Part shown: in pieces, positions 63,945 through 64,000 of the stretch
Layout: each line of letters begins with the position of its first letter
How positions within the stretch are numbered: the stretch's first letter is position 1
Virus record (IMG/VR): IMGVR_UViG_3300009111_000005
Span: 23,371-87,370 of that record
Length of the DNA: 64,000 bases
Source of the DNA: a virus
Taxonomy: Duplodnaviria; Caudoviricetes
Direction: 5' to 3' (one strand)
Notes under the pieces: model-generated
Seen by the model: only the letters and a program-made list of their open reading frames with translations
What the model was told of the DNA's origin: nothing
Database searches by the model: none
Made by a program: the position numbers and the translations under genes

Positions 63945-64000
63945 GCCTCTGACTATGGCAGCAGTTGCCTGAGGATGTCGATACCGTGTTCTGCGTTGAG

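Overview
A 64-kb fragment of a large, GC-rich tailed phage (myovirus-type jumbo phage) in genetic code 11. No terminase, portal or DNA polymerase gene is visible in the window. Positions 1-22.3 kb are mostly + strand accessory, nucleotide-metabolism and RNA genes: radical SAM, RNA ligase-like, HerA-like ATPase, histone-fold protein, HD hydrolase, DNA methylase, HNH nucleases, ThyX, RRM protein, C1A protease, 10 tRNAs and a tmRNA. Positions 22.6-64 kb are a - strand virion module: prohead protease, major capsid, neck, tail sheath and tube, baseplate hub and a large family of Gly-rich proteins with a shared N-terminal leader, interrupted by a small + strand island at 34.4-36.3 kb. The standout is at 5637-6946: a ~36-nt-period array of two alternating 8-9 nt repeats separated by ~9-nt variable spacers, abutting a nuclease-less Nop/IS110-like gene. 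This is the architecture of a TIGR-Tas RNA-guided DNA-targeting system (TasA type), here with variant GG boxes and a zinc-finger insertion. Other notable items are a Bd0055-like phage histone, three short-arm tRNA-Leu, an atypical tRNA-Tyr, several unexplained structured ncRNAs, a dispersed TTTAC-N3-GTAAA operator and a putative capsid-targeting peptide family. A Myxococcota/Bdellovibrionota-like host is an inference only. All family assignments come from motif recognition by eye; no database searches were run.
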